A stretch of DNA of 32,000 nt from Nitrospirota bacterium. GTDB taxonomy: Bacteria; Nitrospirota; Thermodesulfovibrionia; Thermodesulfovibrionales; Dissulfurispiraceae. Position numbers and translations under genes: made by a program. Shown here in pieces: positions 1 to 9,166 of this stretch; within the stretch, counting starts at the first letter, position 1; every line of letters starts with the position of its first letter. The stretch covers positions 710,118 to 742,117 of the forward strand of contig CAWKOO010000001.1 of the NCBI GenBank assembly GCA_963851345.1. The letters are read 5' to 3'. The notes below the pieces were generated by a model, which worked only from the letters and a program-made list of their open reading frames with translations, had not been told where the DNA came from and made no database searches.

Positions 1-1
1 A

Positions 2-235
2 AATCCTTATATTAATGTGCCTGTTGCTACCGGTCTTGGAGAAATAAGAAATACTATCATTGTCCGCTCCGCCGACGTACTGATAGCGATCGGAGGAGAA
101 TACGGCACCCTTTCCGAAATAGCCTTCGGACTCAAGACCGGAAAAACCGTGATCGGGATCGGGACCTGGGACATAAAAGGGATAATCAAGGCACGCGGCG
201 CCGAAGATGCAGTAAACAAAGCGCTTGGATTGTAA
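2..235 (+). CDS. C-terminal part of a TIGR00725/SLOG-type (LOG/DprA-like Rossmann fold) nucleotide-binding protein; the ORF is open to the left window edge
   Basis: The frame has no stop from nt 2, so the listed GTG at 17 is probably internal. The translation ...VATGLGEIRNTIIVRSADVLIAIGGEYGTLSEIAFGLKTGKTVIGIG carries the GGxGTLxE core typical of LOG/TIGR00725 proteins. A hairpin terminator follows. Confidence 0.6.
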   Translation, partial: NPYINVPVATGLGEIRNTIIVRSADVLIAIGGEYGTLSEIAFGLKTGKTVIGIGTWDIKGIIKARGAEDAVNKALGL

Positions 236-280
236 AAAATTAAGATGCTTCTAAGAGCAGTACAGTTCTATTTTATAAAA

Positions 281-319
281 AGATACAGGCAGCGGTGCTT
301 CCGGCCTGTATCTTTTTTT
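281..319. terminator. bidirectional rho-independent terminator between convergent genes
   Basis: A 10-bp perfect stem, agatacaggc (281-290) / gcctgtatct (304-313), has a 13-nt loop. A T-run at 313-319 serves the + strand, and the A-rich tract (ataaaaag, ~274-281) preceding the stem reads as a U-run on the - strand. Confidence 0.7.
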
Positions 320-352
320 ATAAAAACATTCTAAGTCCTGCGCAACCGGTCC

Positions 353-724
353 TTATTTGACCGCTTCCATTTCATTGCCGCAGGTGCATTTGCCGGGATT
401 CTGACTGATGGTGCCGCATTTGCAATCATGTCCGCATGCACAGGCATATTTACCGACACTCTTATACGTCTTGTTCTGTCCCTCAACAGAGATGTTGCCG
501 TTCTCTACCTTTGTAACTTTGGTCTTCACCATAGGCTTGCCGCAGGTGCAATTCCCCGGGTTCAAGGACATTGTACCGCAAGAACATTCTTCCCCACAGT
601 TGCAGACATAGACCTCGTCTCCTACCTTCACATCCATTTTACCGCTGGAGCCGGCAAAAGAGACGGCTGCTATAAGCACCATCGTTAAAAGAACCCCGAA
701 GACAACCAAAAGCTTTTTTTTCAT
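353..724 (-). CDS. secreted small Cys-rich protein with two tandem 6-Cys repeats (putative periplasmic metal-thiolate binding protein)
   Basis: The internal ATG at 724 is preceded by GGAGG (rc of 729-735). The N-terminus MKKKLLVVFGVLLTMVLIAAVSFAGSSG reads as a signal peptide. Two repeats follow: CNCGEECSCGTMSLNPGNCTCG and CACGHDCKCGTISQNPGKCTCG. The 166-aa ORF extension up to 853 has no RBS. Confidence 0.75.
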   Translation of the reverse strand: MKKKLLVVFGVLLTMVLIAAVSFAGSSGKMDVKVGDEVYVCNCGEECSCGTMSLNPGNCTCGKPMVKTKVTKVENGNISVEGQNKTYKSVGKYACACGHDCKCGTISQNPGKCTCGNEMEAVK

Positions 725-1038
725 TTCCCCCTCCTTCGTGTGTAAAGCGTATTTATGGTTTTTACAGGTAGAGATGCCGGCAAAGATCATCATCCCGCCA
801 AAAAGCTCTTTTTCACACATATAATATACCGGGGGGCATTTTCTCCCCTCCATAACAAAACTATAGCATAAGCGGGACGGTCTGAAAAGAGCTGTTCAGA
901 TTCAGTGGCAGAACATCTCGGCTCCGGGTATTTTGCGGTAATAGGACGTTTATTGGAAAGAAAGACTTTTGAAATAGGCGAGTGTTTCTATTAGAAGGAA
1001 ATGGATAACGAGCGCATATAATGAAAGATATTCCCTGG

Positions 1039-2544
1039 TTAGACCAAATGGGGCATACAGACCTTTACCGTAGTGCCTCTGTTTTTATGACCGGTGATCT
1101 CCACCTTCCCTCCCCAGGGATAAACGCGTTCACGCATACCTATAAGGCCAAAGGATTGAGGCTTCGAAAATTGTTCGTCTGTTATGCCTTTGCCGTTATC
1201 GATAACTTCTAAAGTTATATTGTCATTGTCTTTTGTCAGTCTCGCTGTCACCTTTGTGGCCCTTGCATGTTTAAGGACGTTTGTCAGTGTTTCCTGGAAA
1301 ATCCTGAAAAGCGCCGTGCTTTGATCTTTGTCAAGCTCAATATGCTCCGGCACAGAGTCAACGGCGCATTCAATCCCTGTCCTTTTCTGAAATTCATCAG
1401 CCTGCCATTGCATTGCGTCAACAAGGCCAAAATCATCCAATATCGAAGGTCTCAACGCAGTGCAGATACGCCTGACAGACCGCATCGTGGCATTAAGGGC
1501 ATCCAACATGGCCCCGGACTTGTCGAATATGGGCTTATGGTCTCCGTATCTGTCGCGAAACCAGCTTAATTCCATCTTCTGAGCGGATAGTGCCTGGCCA
1601 AGTTCATCGTGTATCTCACGGGCAATTTTAGCTCTTTCTTCTTCTCTGACAGATTGCAAATGAGCAGCGAGATTGCGTAATTGTTCATTGGATCTATTTA
1701 GCTCCAATGTCCTTTCAAGGACGCGCAGTTCGAGTTGTTCGTGGGCCATGCGGAACTCGTCTTCCGCCTTCTTGCGTTCGGTTATATCGCGACTCACTCC
1801 CAATATTTCAGTCGCCCGGCCCTCGTCATTCGAGATTAGTGTCGTCACTACCTCGGTAGGGACTAAGGCGCCATTTTGATGCACTTGATCAAAATAATGT
1901 GTTTGTATCCGGGTTGAAAAATTATCGCCGGCTGCAAAGTCGGCAAGACGGCGTCTCAGCCCATCCAGAAACAGCTCATAGGATTCAGGGCTAAGTGTCT
2001 CTTTCATAGATTGCTGCAATGCCTGCCAGGGGGTAAAGCCTCTCATCCTTTGAACCGAGGCACTCATATAGGTAAAACGACCTGTCACGATATTAAATTT
2101 CCAAACCACATCCCCCATATTCTCCGCAAGTAAACGATATTGTTCTTCACTTTCACGCAGTTTGCAGTCGAGATTGTGTTTGTACAGCGCTATTTCCACG
2201 GCTATATGCAATTCTTTTTCATCGATCGGCTTCAGAAGATACCCGTACGGCTCCGTTTTCTTCGCTCTCCGAAGCGTATTTTCCTCAGAGTGGGCCGTGA
2301 GATATATCACGGGAACATCATACTTTTCGGATATGTCATTGGCTGCATCTATGCCGTCTATTTTACCCTGGAGCTTTATGTCCATTAATATCAGGTCGGG
2401 CCTCACCGCGTCGATGCCCTCAAGTGCTTCCTCTCCTGAAGCAAATATGGCAACAACATCATATCCAATGCGCTCCAGGTCTTTTTTTGTCTTCAGGGCG
2501 ACTAACCCTTCATCTTCAACTATCAGTATTTTTTTCTTTTCCAC
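1039..2544 (-). CDS. hybrid response regulator-histidine kinase (N-terminal REC, PAS, HisKA_3 H-box, HATPase_c)
   Basis: REC motifs are present (ILIVEDE..., LILMDIKL, receiver Asp context). A PAS segment ends in SRDITERKKAE. The HisKA_3 H-box reads AREIHDELGQ. ATPase motifs are DNGKGI and GLIGMRERV. The GTG start lies 2 nt after the stop of the upstream kinase. Confidence 0.9.
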   Translation of the reverse strand: MEKKKILIVEDEGLVALKTKKDLERIGYDVVAIFASGEEALEGIDAVRPDLILMDIKLQGKIDGIDAANDISEKYDVPVIYLTAHSEENTLRRAKKTEPYGYLLKPIDEKELHIAVEIALYKHNLDCKLRESEEQYRLLAENMGDVVWKFNIVTGRFTYMSASVQRMRGFTPWQALQQSMKETLSPESYELFLDGLRRRLADFAAGDNFSTRIQTHYFDQVHQNGALVPTEVVTTLISNDEGRATEILGVSRDITERKKAEDEFRMAHEQLELRVLERTLELNRSNEQLRNLAAHLQSVREEERAKIAREIHDELGQALSAQKMELSWFRDRYGDHKPIFDKSGAMLDALNATMRSVRRICTALRPSILDDFGLVDAMQWQADEFQKRTGIECAVDSVPEHIELDKDQSTALFRIFQETLTNVLKHARATKVTARLTKDNDNITLEVIDNGKGITDEQFSKPQSFGLIGMRERVYPWGGKVEITGHKNRGTTVKVCMPHLV

Positions 2545-2546
2545 TG

Positions 2547-5249
2547 TTATTTCCTATGTTGTTCAAACATAATGGTTGCTTCTGTGCCCCCAGCTGATTT
2601 GATTTGCAAGGTCCCTCTCAGTTGCTTGGTCAATACATTGACTATCTGAAGCCCCACCGTATTTGTTCGCATATAATCGAACCCTTGAGGAAGCCCGACA
2701 CCGTTGTCCTTGATTGCCAGTGTGTAGGTTTCATCAGTCTTTGTAAAATTGATGCTTAATACCCCGCGTCTATTGTCAGGGAAAGCGTATTTGAAGGCAT
2801 TTGCGAGGAGTTCGTTGATTATCAGGCCGCACGGTACGGCTGATTCCAGATCCAGTTCAATGTCCTTAATGTTTATTTTCGTAGTGATTGCATTGGTATC
2901 TATCCGGTACAGGCCGATTATCTCCGAAACTATTGACGTTATGTAGTCTTCAAAATTAATGGAGGATAAATCTTTTGTCTGATAGAGCTTTTCATGAACA
3001 AGGGCCATTGCCTTGACCCTCTGCCGGCTTTCTTCAAAGAGGGCCCTCACAGTGGCGTCCTTTATTTTATTTGCCTGTAAAGAAAGGAGGCTTGACACGA
3101 CCGCCATGTTGTTCTTTACCCTGTGATGTATTTCCCTGAGAAAGGTCTCTTTTTCTCTCAGAGATTGCTGTATCTGCTGTTCGGCTTTCTTGCGTTCAGT
3201 TATGTCCCAGAAAATACCCAATATGCCGGCAACATTGCCGCTGTCATCCATGATCGGGGTCTTAACTGTATATATCCATACCTCTTGCCCGTCCCGTATA
3301 TGTTTCTCCTCTATGTCTTCGGCCTTGCCAATATCCATAAGTCTTCTATCGTCTGCCCTGTATTTTTCGGCAAGTTCTTTTGGATAAAAGTCGTAATCTG
3401 TCCTCCCTGCGATTTCATCAGGTTTAATTCCCAAATCATCCGCACAACTTTTGTTGCAGGAAATATAGACCGAATTCCTGTCCTTATAGAAGATCTTCTG
3501 CGGAAGGTTTTCTATGAGTGTCCTATATTTATTCTCACTTCTCCGCAGATACACTTCGGCCCGCTTGAGTTCGGTGATGTCGCTGACTGCGCCGATAGTG
3601 CGTACCGGCCGGCGAGCGCAGCCCTCGCCCGAGAAGAACGTCTGAGACTGCGTAGTCACCCAACGGATGGAGCCGTCGCGGTGTATGATCCGGTTCTTGA
3701 CGCCGAATACGCCGTTACCCGCCGGATCGTGGGCCAGCCGGACTTCCGCAGTTATTCTCTCGAGGTCTTCCGGGTAGATGCAGTCAATAAAAGCCTGAAG
3801 GGTTACCGCCTCATCAGGGCCCCAGCCGTATATTTCCCTTTGGCGCGGGGACCAGTAAATGGTTTCGGCGAGGTGGTCGTGATCGAATATGCCGAGGTTG
3901 GAAACGCGTACAGACTGCCGCAATCTCTCCTCGCTTATCAGCAGCGCCTCTTCCGTCAGCTTGCGCTCGGTGATGTCTACTATTACCCCTACCAGCCCGC
4001 CCAGGCTGCCGTCTGCATTAGTAAAAGTTGCTTTATTAAAGATAACATCATGTTGGGTCCCGTCGGCGTAACGAACAGATGAATCGTAGACCTGGACACC
4101 GCCTGTACGGAACAGTTCCGTATCCATTTTGCGATATTTGTCTGCCAGTTCTTGAGGCGCTATGTCATAGACGGATTTGCCGACTATCTTGCTCTTGTGG
4201 ATTCCGAGATATGCCTCAAAAGCCGCATTGCAGCCCTGGTAAACGCCGTGGATGTCTTTGTAAAAGATCGGGGTGGGGATGGCGTCCATGAGGGTTTGAA
4301 GAAAATGCGCATTTTCTTGCAGCGACTCCTCCATATTTTTCCGTTCCGTAATGTCTCTAAAAGACGTGACCGAAGCAACTACCCGACAGTTCTCGATAAG
4401 GGGACTGCAAATGACTGATACGGGGAAAACCGTTCCGTCTTTTCGCACAAAAACTTCGCCCGACGAGACAAAGCGGATGCTGTTTCCGATAACCTTATTC
4501 ATCCTGCACTCTTTAAACGGTAAAGGAGAGCCGTCTGCTTTCATGTAGTGAAAGATGTCATGGGCATTTCTATTACTCAATTCCGACATGGTCCATCCCA
4601 AAAGACGTTCTGCTTCAGGATTCATGAAGGTAATGTGTCCCTTTAAATCCATGACATAAATGCCTTCAGCTAAAGATGAAGTTATCTCCTGTAATTTTTT
4701 TTCGCTCTTGTGCAGAGATTCTTCGACCTGTTTATGTTCGGTGATGTCGCGGGCTACAGCATATATCCTGCTATTATCCGGTACAGCAACAGCGTTCCAC
4801 GATAACCATCTGTATGATCCATCCAGACAGCGATAACGACTCTCAAAGACCAGGGTATTATGCCCGGTAGTGTGCAGTTGCATCTCCGCAACGGCAGCAG
4901 CGATGTCTTCAGGGTGCAGAAAGTCGGTAAATGATTTACCCAGGACTTCATGGTCCGCGTAACCAAGGATTCTTTGAAAGGCCGGATTTACTTCTTCGAA
5001 ATGACCATCCATATCCACAATACAGAAAATGTCCAGGGAGAGATTCCAGATCTGTTCGCGTTCTTCCGCGATCTGTTTGCGCTTTTTCATAAAATGAAGC
5101 GTCCATTTAAGATTATTTCCACGCTCAAATACCGGATATGCGGTGCTTTTAAAATGTAAATCGGGAAAAGGCGCATAAAGCTCCCTTACTATTGTGCCAA
5201 TGGTCCTGGAGGGACATTGAGCTATAGGTATCGCCAACAATTCTTTCAT
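2547..5249 (-). CDS. five-PAS sensor histidine kinase with a HisKA_2/HWE-type H-box and HATPase domain
   Basis: Five PAS-like blocks each end in a D(I/V)TE(R/H/L)K motif. The H-box EIHHRVKNNMAVVSSLL is typical of HisKA_2. The ATPase part reads ELLANAFKYAF...DNGVGLP. The start is uncertain: ATG at 5249 or ATG at 5090 (MKKRKQ). Confidence 0.85.
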   Translation of the reverse strand: MKELLAIPIAQCPSRTIGTIVRELYAPFPDLHFKSTAYPVFERGNNLKWTLHFMKKRKQIAEEREQIWNLSLDIFCIVDMDGHFEEVNPAFQRILGYADHEVLGKSFTDFLHPEDIAAAVAEMQLHTTGHNTLVFESRYRCLDGSYRWLSWNAVAVPDNSRIYAVARDITEHKQVEESLHKSEKKLQEITSSLAEGIYVMDLKGHITFMNPEAERLLGWTMSELSNRNAHDIFHYMKADGSPLPFKECRMNKVIGNSIRFVSSGEVFVRKDGTVFPVSVICSPLIENCRVVASVTSFRDITERKNMEESLQENAHFLQTLMDAIPTPIFYKDIHGVYQGCNAAFEAYLGIHKSKIVGKSVYDIAPQELADKYRKMDTELFRTGGVQVYDSSVRYADGTQHDVIFNKATFTNADGSLGGLVGVIVDITERKLTEEALLISEERLRQSVRVSNLGIFDHDHLAETIYWSPRQREIYGWGPDEAVTLQAFIDCIYPEDLERITAEVRLAHDPAGNGVFGVKNRIIHRDGSIRWVTTQSQTFFSGEGCARRPVRTIGAVSDITELKRAEVYLRRSENKYRTLIENLPQKIFYKDRNSVYISCNKSCADDLGIKPDEIAGRTDYDFYPKELAEKYRADDRRLMDIGKAEDIEEKHIRDGQEVWIYTVKTPIMDDSGNVAGILGIFWDITERKKAEQQIQQSLREKETFLREIHHRVKNNMAVVSSLLSLQANKIKDATVRALFEESRQRVKAMALVHEKLYQTKDLSSINFEDYITSIVSEIIGLYRIDTNAITTKINIKDIELDLESAVPCGLIINELLANAFKYAFPDNRRGVLSINFTKTDETYTLAIKDNGVGLPQGFDYMRTNTVGLQIVNVLTKQLRGTLQIKSAGGTEATIMFEQHRK

Positions 5250-5459
5250 TCATCGTCTCCAGAATTTTAGCATAAAACGGCCTCGTTGCGTCAGGTACCC
5301 GGTTAAGGATGGCGAGCTTATTCCCTGCGGTCTGCAACCGGGCAAGAAGATGCTTATCAACTGCCTGGAACTTTTCATATATTCGGGATATTGTCATTTA
5401 GTATTCTTTGTAATATAATTTTCATTAGGGAGTCAATAATGTTAAGGAGGTCTGAAAAA

Positions 5460-5804
5460 ATGCCATGCATAGAATACGGAGGATTAAAAATTGCTGTCGA
5501 TGATGAGGGATATCTTGCCGGCGGCGAGGACTGGAATGACAAGGTAGCGTGCGCTTTGGCGAAGAACGAGGGAGTAGATGAGCTCACAAAAGACAGGATG
5601 GACATAATACGGTTTATGCGCGATTACTATAAGAAATATAACTTCTTTCCAATCCTGCGCGCTGTTTGCAAAAATATCCATCAACCAAAGAATTGCTTCA
5701 GTGAGGATTTTCTCGATCCCCTTACGGCATGGAAAATAGCCGGACTCCCCAAGCCTGATGAGCATGTAATCGCCGACTTGCGGGGAGAAGGAGGGGTTGT
5801 ATAA
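5460..5804 (+). CDS. DsrC/TusE-family protein lacking the conserved C-terminal cysteine(s)
   Basis: AAGGAGG at 5444-5450 sits 9 nt before the ATG at 5460. The translation shows DDEGYL, NEGV, IIRFMRDYYKKYNFFPILRAV and WKIAGLPKP, all colinear with TusE/DsrC. The C-terminus is PDEHVIADLRGEGGVV instead of ...KP(T/V)xC(V/I). Confidence 0.8.
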   Translation: MPCIEYGGLKIAVDDEGYLAGGEDWNDKVACALAKNEGVDELTKDRMDIIRFMRDYYKKYNFFPILRAVCKNIHQPKNCFSEDFLDPLTAWKIAGLPKPDEHVIADLRGEGGVV

Positions 5805-5819
5805 GTTAAAAAAACCTGT

Positions 5820-6578
5820 TCATGTTTTGCCCCCTGTTTCTCTTTCTGAAAAGTATTGCGCAGCCTCCGCATCAGCGAGGAACAATAAGGCCCCCTTTTC
5901 AGGGGCCACCAATGACGCAGGAAGGTGACGGTCCCTCCTCTCCACAACATCACGGAACACCGATACCTTGGACTTCCCTCTCACAAGAAATACCACCATG
6001 CGTGCATTGTTAATTACGGAAAGCGTCAGCGTAATCCGGTCATGCCGGTTTTTATCAGCGGCAACCGCACTGGCGAGTCGCCGCGTATCACAGAGGGCAA
6101 TATTACCGGGGAAAAGCGATGCGGTATGACCGTCCGCGCCTATACCAAGCATAACGAGATCGAATTCGGGAATGCCTTCGGCCGGCAGCATGAAAAATCT
6201 TTTCATTTCCTCCTCATACTTTCTCGCCGACGACAGAGGGTCAGTTTCACCGGTAGCTACCGCATGGATATTACCGGAGGGGATCGGTATATGTTTTAAG
6301 AGCGTCTCGTTGAGCAAACGGTAATTGCTGTCAGCACTGTCTGAGGGGACAAAGCGCTCATCAACAAGAAACAGATGCGTTCTGTCCCACTGGAGCTGTG
6401 TCCCTTCACCGGCAAGTCTCCGGTAAAATAGCACCGGTGTTTCCCCTCCGGAAAGGGCTGCGGTAAAACAGCCCCTGCTTTCGACAGCGTTTCGGGAGAG
6501 TTCGCTCCACCGCTCCACCATAAAATTTGCCATCTCATCGCCCGTCCCAAAAATCAAGACCTTACGCGAATTTTCCAT
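5820..6578 (-). CDS. pgl: 6-phosphogluconolactonase
   Basis: This is a SugarP_isomerase-type lactonase, with FTAALSGGETP and LGIGADGHTASLFPG motifs. It is the last gene of the tkt-tal-zwf-pgl string. Confidence 0.9.
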   Translation of the reverse strand: MENSRKVLIFGTGDEMANFMVERWSELSRNAVESRGCFTAALSGGETPVLFYRRLAGEGTQLQWDRTHLFLVDERFVPSDSADSNYRLLNETLLKHIPIPSGNIHAVATGETDPLSSARKYEEEMKRFFMLPAEGIPEFDLVMLGIGADGHTASLFPGNIALCDTRRLASAVAADKNRHDRITLTLSVINNARMVVFLVRGKSKVSVFRDVVERRDRHLPASLVAPEKGALLFLADAEAAQYFSERETGGKT

Positions 6579-6691
6579 GACCTAACCAAATCATTAGTTT
6601 CCCCCGGTTATGCAATTAAGAACATGGCATGTCCGTCTTTCGGCAAAATTCACGGGTCTACTGTAACAAGGGCGAGTATAAGGTCTGAGTT

Positions 6692-8242
6692 TTACCTTGT
6701 TATCCAGCAACGCCCGTCCTGATCGAGTAACCGGTGGGCCGCTTCCGGACCCCAGGTGCCAGCCGCGTAATTGGGAAAATCCTCAGGAGGAGTGCTTTCC
6801 CACAGGCTAATGATCGGGTCAACGACCGCCCACATTTCCTCGACGGTATCTTGCCTGACAAAAAGCGTCAAATCCCCTTTCAGCATATCGACAAGCAACC
6901 GCTCATAAGCAGGGTGTATGGGTATCTTAAATGTTTCGTTATAGCTGAAAACCATATTCACAGGATATACCTGGTTCTCGGAATAGGGGTACTTCACACT
7001 AAAGCGGAGGGAAATCTTCTCATCGGGCTGGATGGTCAGAATAAGAATATTCGGCTCCAGGATATCGCATGTTCTCCCGAAGAGTTTCACCGGAAAGTGT
7101 TTAAGCTGTAAGCAGATCTCGGTGACGCGCCTGGGCATGCGCTTGCCGGTGCGGAGATAAAAAGGCACGCCCGCCCACCGGAGATTGTCTATAAAGAATT
7201 TTCCGGCAAAAAAAGTCGGGGTGTTTGAATTATCGGCAACACGGTCCTCAGCCCGGTAGCCGGGGACCTCGCTGCCTTTTGATTCCCCCTGGCCATACTG
7301 TCCCCTTACCATATAGTTGTGAATATAATTCGCGTCTATAGAATGGACCGACCTTAATATTTTTAATTTCTCCTCATGGATAAAATCGGCTTGAAACCCA
7401 ACCGGCGGCTCCATTGCGATAAGGCCGAAAAGCTGCATGAGGTGGTTCTGCACGATGTCCCTTACAACCCCGGCCTGTTCATAAAATGCGCCCCGGTGTT
7501 CGATGCCCACATCTTCAGCGACAGTAATCTGCACATTGTCCACGTAATGCCGGTTCCAGATCTCAGCAAAAAGTGTATTGATAAAACGCAGGAATATAAT
7601 ATTCTGGACCGGGTCCTTTGCAAGATAATGATCGATCCGGTATATTTGATATTCTTCAAAGGCGTCGGTCAATACCTTATTGAATTCCACTGCAGACTGA
7701 CGGTCATGCCCGAACGGTTTTTCAATAATTATTTTGGTAGTGAATGCGCCCTGACAGAGATTGTGCTTCTTTAATTGATGAACGGCCATCGGCACTACCT
7801 GTGGCGGCACAGCCATATAATAAACTACCTGCTTGCCTCCTTTAGAATCCGGGATTGTAATCCGGTCGGTTTTAACGTGCAGGTCTTCAAAGCTCTCATC
7901 TTTCTCGAAAACTCCCGAAAGAAAGTAAAGATGCCGGCTGAACTGGTCCCATTTATCCTCGTCAAATTCTCCCTCACCGAACTGTTTGACTGCATCCTTC
8001 ACCATGGCCCTGTATGCCTCATCACTCATTTCGTAGCGGCCGAATCCCAGTATCGAGAATTTCTGATCAGGCACCACTTTGTCGCAAAACAGATTAAAGA
8101 TTGAGGGCAGGAGTTTCCTTTTGCTCAGATCACCGGCCCCGCCGAAGATTACCATGGTAAATGGTTCGATAACGGCTTTCCCCGCCGGTATATCGCAGGT
8201 TTGAAGGAACTTGCTGTAGAGAATATCTTTATCTGTTTCCAT
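6692..8242 (-). CDS. zwf: glucose-6-phosphate 1-dehydrogenase
   Basis: The dinucleotide-binding motif IFGGAGDLSKRKLLPS, the EKPFGHD motif and the RIDHYLAK active-site motif are all present. Confidence 0.95.
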   Translation of the reverse strand: METDKDILYSKFLQTCDIPAGKAVIEPFTMVIFGGAGDLSKRKLLPSIFNLFCDKVVPDQKFSILGFGRYEMSDEAYRAMVKDAVKQFGEGEFDEDKWDQFSRHLYFLSGVFEKDESFEDLHVKTDRITIPDSKGGKQVVYYMAVPPQVVPMAVHQLKKHNLCQGAFTTKIIIEKPFGHDRQSAVEFNKVLTDAFEEYQIYRIDHYLAKDPVQNIIFLRFINTLFAEIWNRHYVDNVQITVAEDVGIEHRGAFYEQAGVVRDIVQNHLMQLFGLIAMEPPVGFQADFIHEEKLKILRSVHSIDANYIHNYMVRGQYGQGESKGSEVPGYRAEDRVADNSNTPTFFAGKFFIDNLRWAGVPFYLRTGKRMPRRVTEICLQLKHFPVKLFGRTCDILEPNILILTIQPDEKISLRFSVKYPYSENQVYPVNMVFSYNETFKIPIHPAYERLLVDMLKGDLTLFVRQDTVEEMWAVVDPIISLWESTPPEDFPNYAAGTWGPEAAHRLLDQDGRCWITR

Positions 8243-8281
8243 AGCACCAAGTGCCGCCTCAGGGCAGTACCTTCATAGCGG

Positions 8282-9166
8282 TCACCTCGGCGCTGAAGCA
8301 GACTGCACTATAAGATCATTCCAGTCTTTCGAGAACCTTTCCATCCCCTTGACCGTCAGGTCATGGGTAATATCATATTCCTGCCAATTCTTTGAGAGAT
8401 CGATTTCTTTATAAGGGATGTTTTTCAGTGCGTCATGCTTATAAATATAATTGGCGTCAGGAAAAGGCATGCCCCTCCGCCCCCATTCCCTCAGTATTTC
8501 ATAAGGGGCGGTTATGATGTCAGAGCCGAGTTCCAGCGCATAGAGCAAGTGGTCCATGTTGCGCACGCTGGCGGTCAGCACTTCTACATGGCCGTCGCCC
8601 TGCCGGTACATTTTTAAAAGACTGGCAATCAAATCCATCCCGTTTTCTCCCCTGTCGTCAAGCCTGCCTATAAAAGGGGACACAAATACTTGCCCCTTTC
8701 GGGCGCCTCTCGTAGCAGCATATACAGCCGCTGCCTGCTCCTGAGTGAAGCAAAGCGTCATGTTGACGCGAAGTCCCTCTTTGACAGCCTGTTCCGCTGC
8801 CTTTAGTCCCTCCTTTGATGACGGGAACTTTATGTGCGCATTGGGTATCCACGAAAACATCTCCCTGCCCATTTGCAACATTTTATCTGCCGGAGTCGAA
8901 AAATCGGCATAGACTTCAACAGAGACAGATCCCATAGGTATCAAGGCAGAGATAGTCTTTACAACGTTGCGGTAAAAATCAAATATCTCATCCTGTGTGA
9001 ATTTCGAGCCCTGCTTAAGGCGCTCTTGGGCCTTTGGGTTTTTCGAGATAAGAGTAGGATTTGTCGTCTGCCCGTCAAGAAAACCCAGAAGAGAGATGAC
9101 TTCCTGGGACTCCTCAGCGTCGCCTCCGTCCAAAAATATTCTTGTCTTAAGGTCCTGCGGCTTCAT
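8282..9166 (-). CDS. tal: transaldolase-family protein
   Basis: The translation has LDGQTTNPTLI, IKFPSSKEGLKAAE and VNMTLCFT motifs. GGGAGG lies upstream of the ATG at 9166. There is a 4-nt ATGA overlap with the tkt stop. Confidence 0.85.
   Translation of the reverse strand: MKPQDLKTRIFLDGGDAEESQEVISLLGFLDGQTTNPTLISKNPKAQERLKQGSKFTQDEIFDFYRNVVKTISALIPMGSVSVEVYADFSTPADKMLQMGREMFSWIPNAHIKFPSSKEGLKAAEQAVKEGLRVNMTLCFTQEQAAAVYAATRGARKGQVFVSPFIGRLDDRGENGMDLIASLLKMYRQGDGHVEVLTASVRNMDHLLYALELGSDIITAPYEILREWGRRGMPFPDANYIYKHDALKNIPYKEIDLSKNWQEYDITHDLTVKGMERFSKDWNDLIVQSASAPR

Noticed and set aside
725-853. Upstream 43-codon extension of the Cys-rich ORF
   Set aside because: It has no RBS. The internal ATG at 724 has a GGAGG and starts a canonical signal peptide.
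3123-4082. 319-aa + strand ORF inside the five-PAS kinase gene
   Set aside because: It is antisense to a gene with continuous, strong PAS/HisKA_2 motifs. Its translation is low-complexity with no recognisable motifs or RBS. It is a typical shadow ORF.
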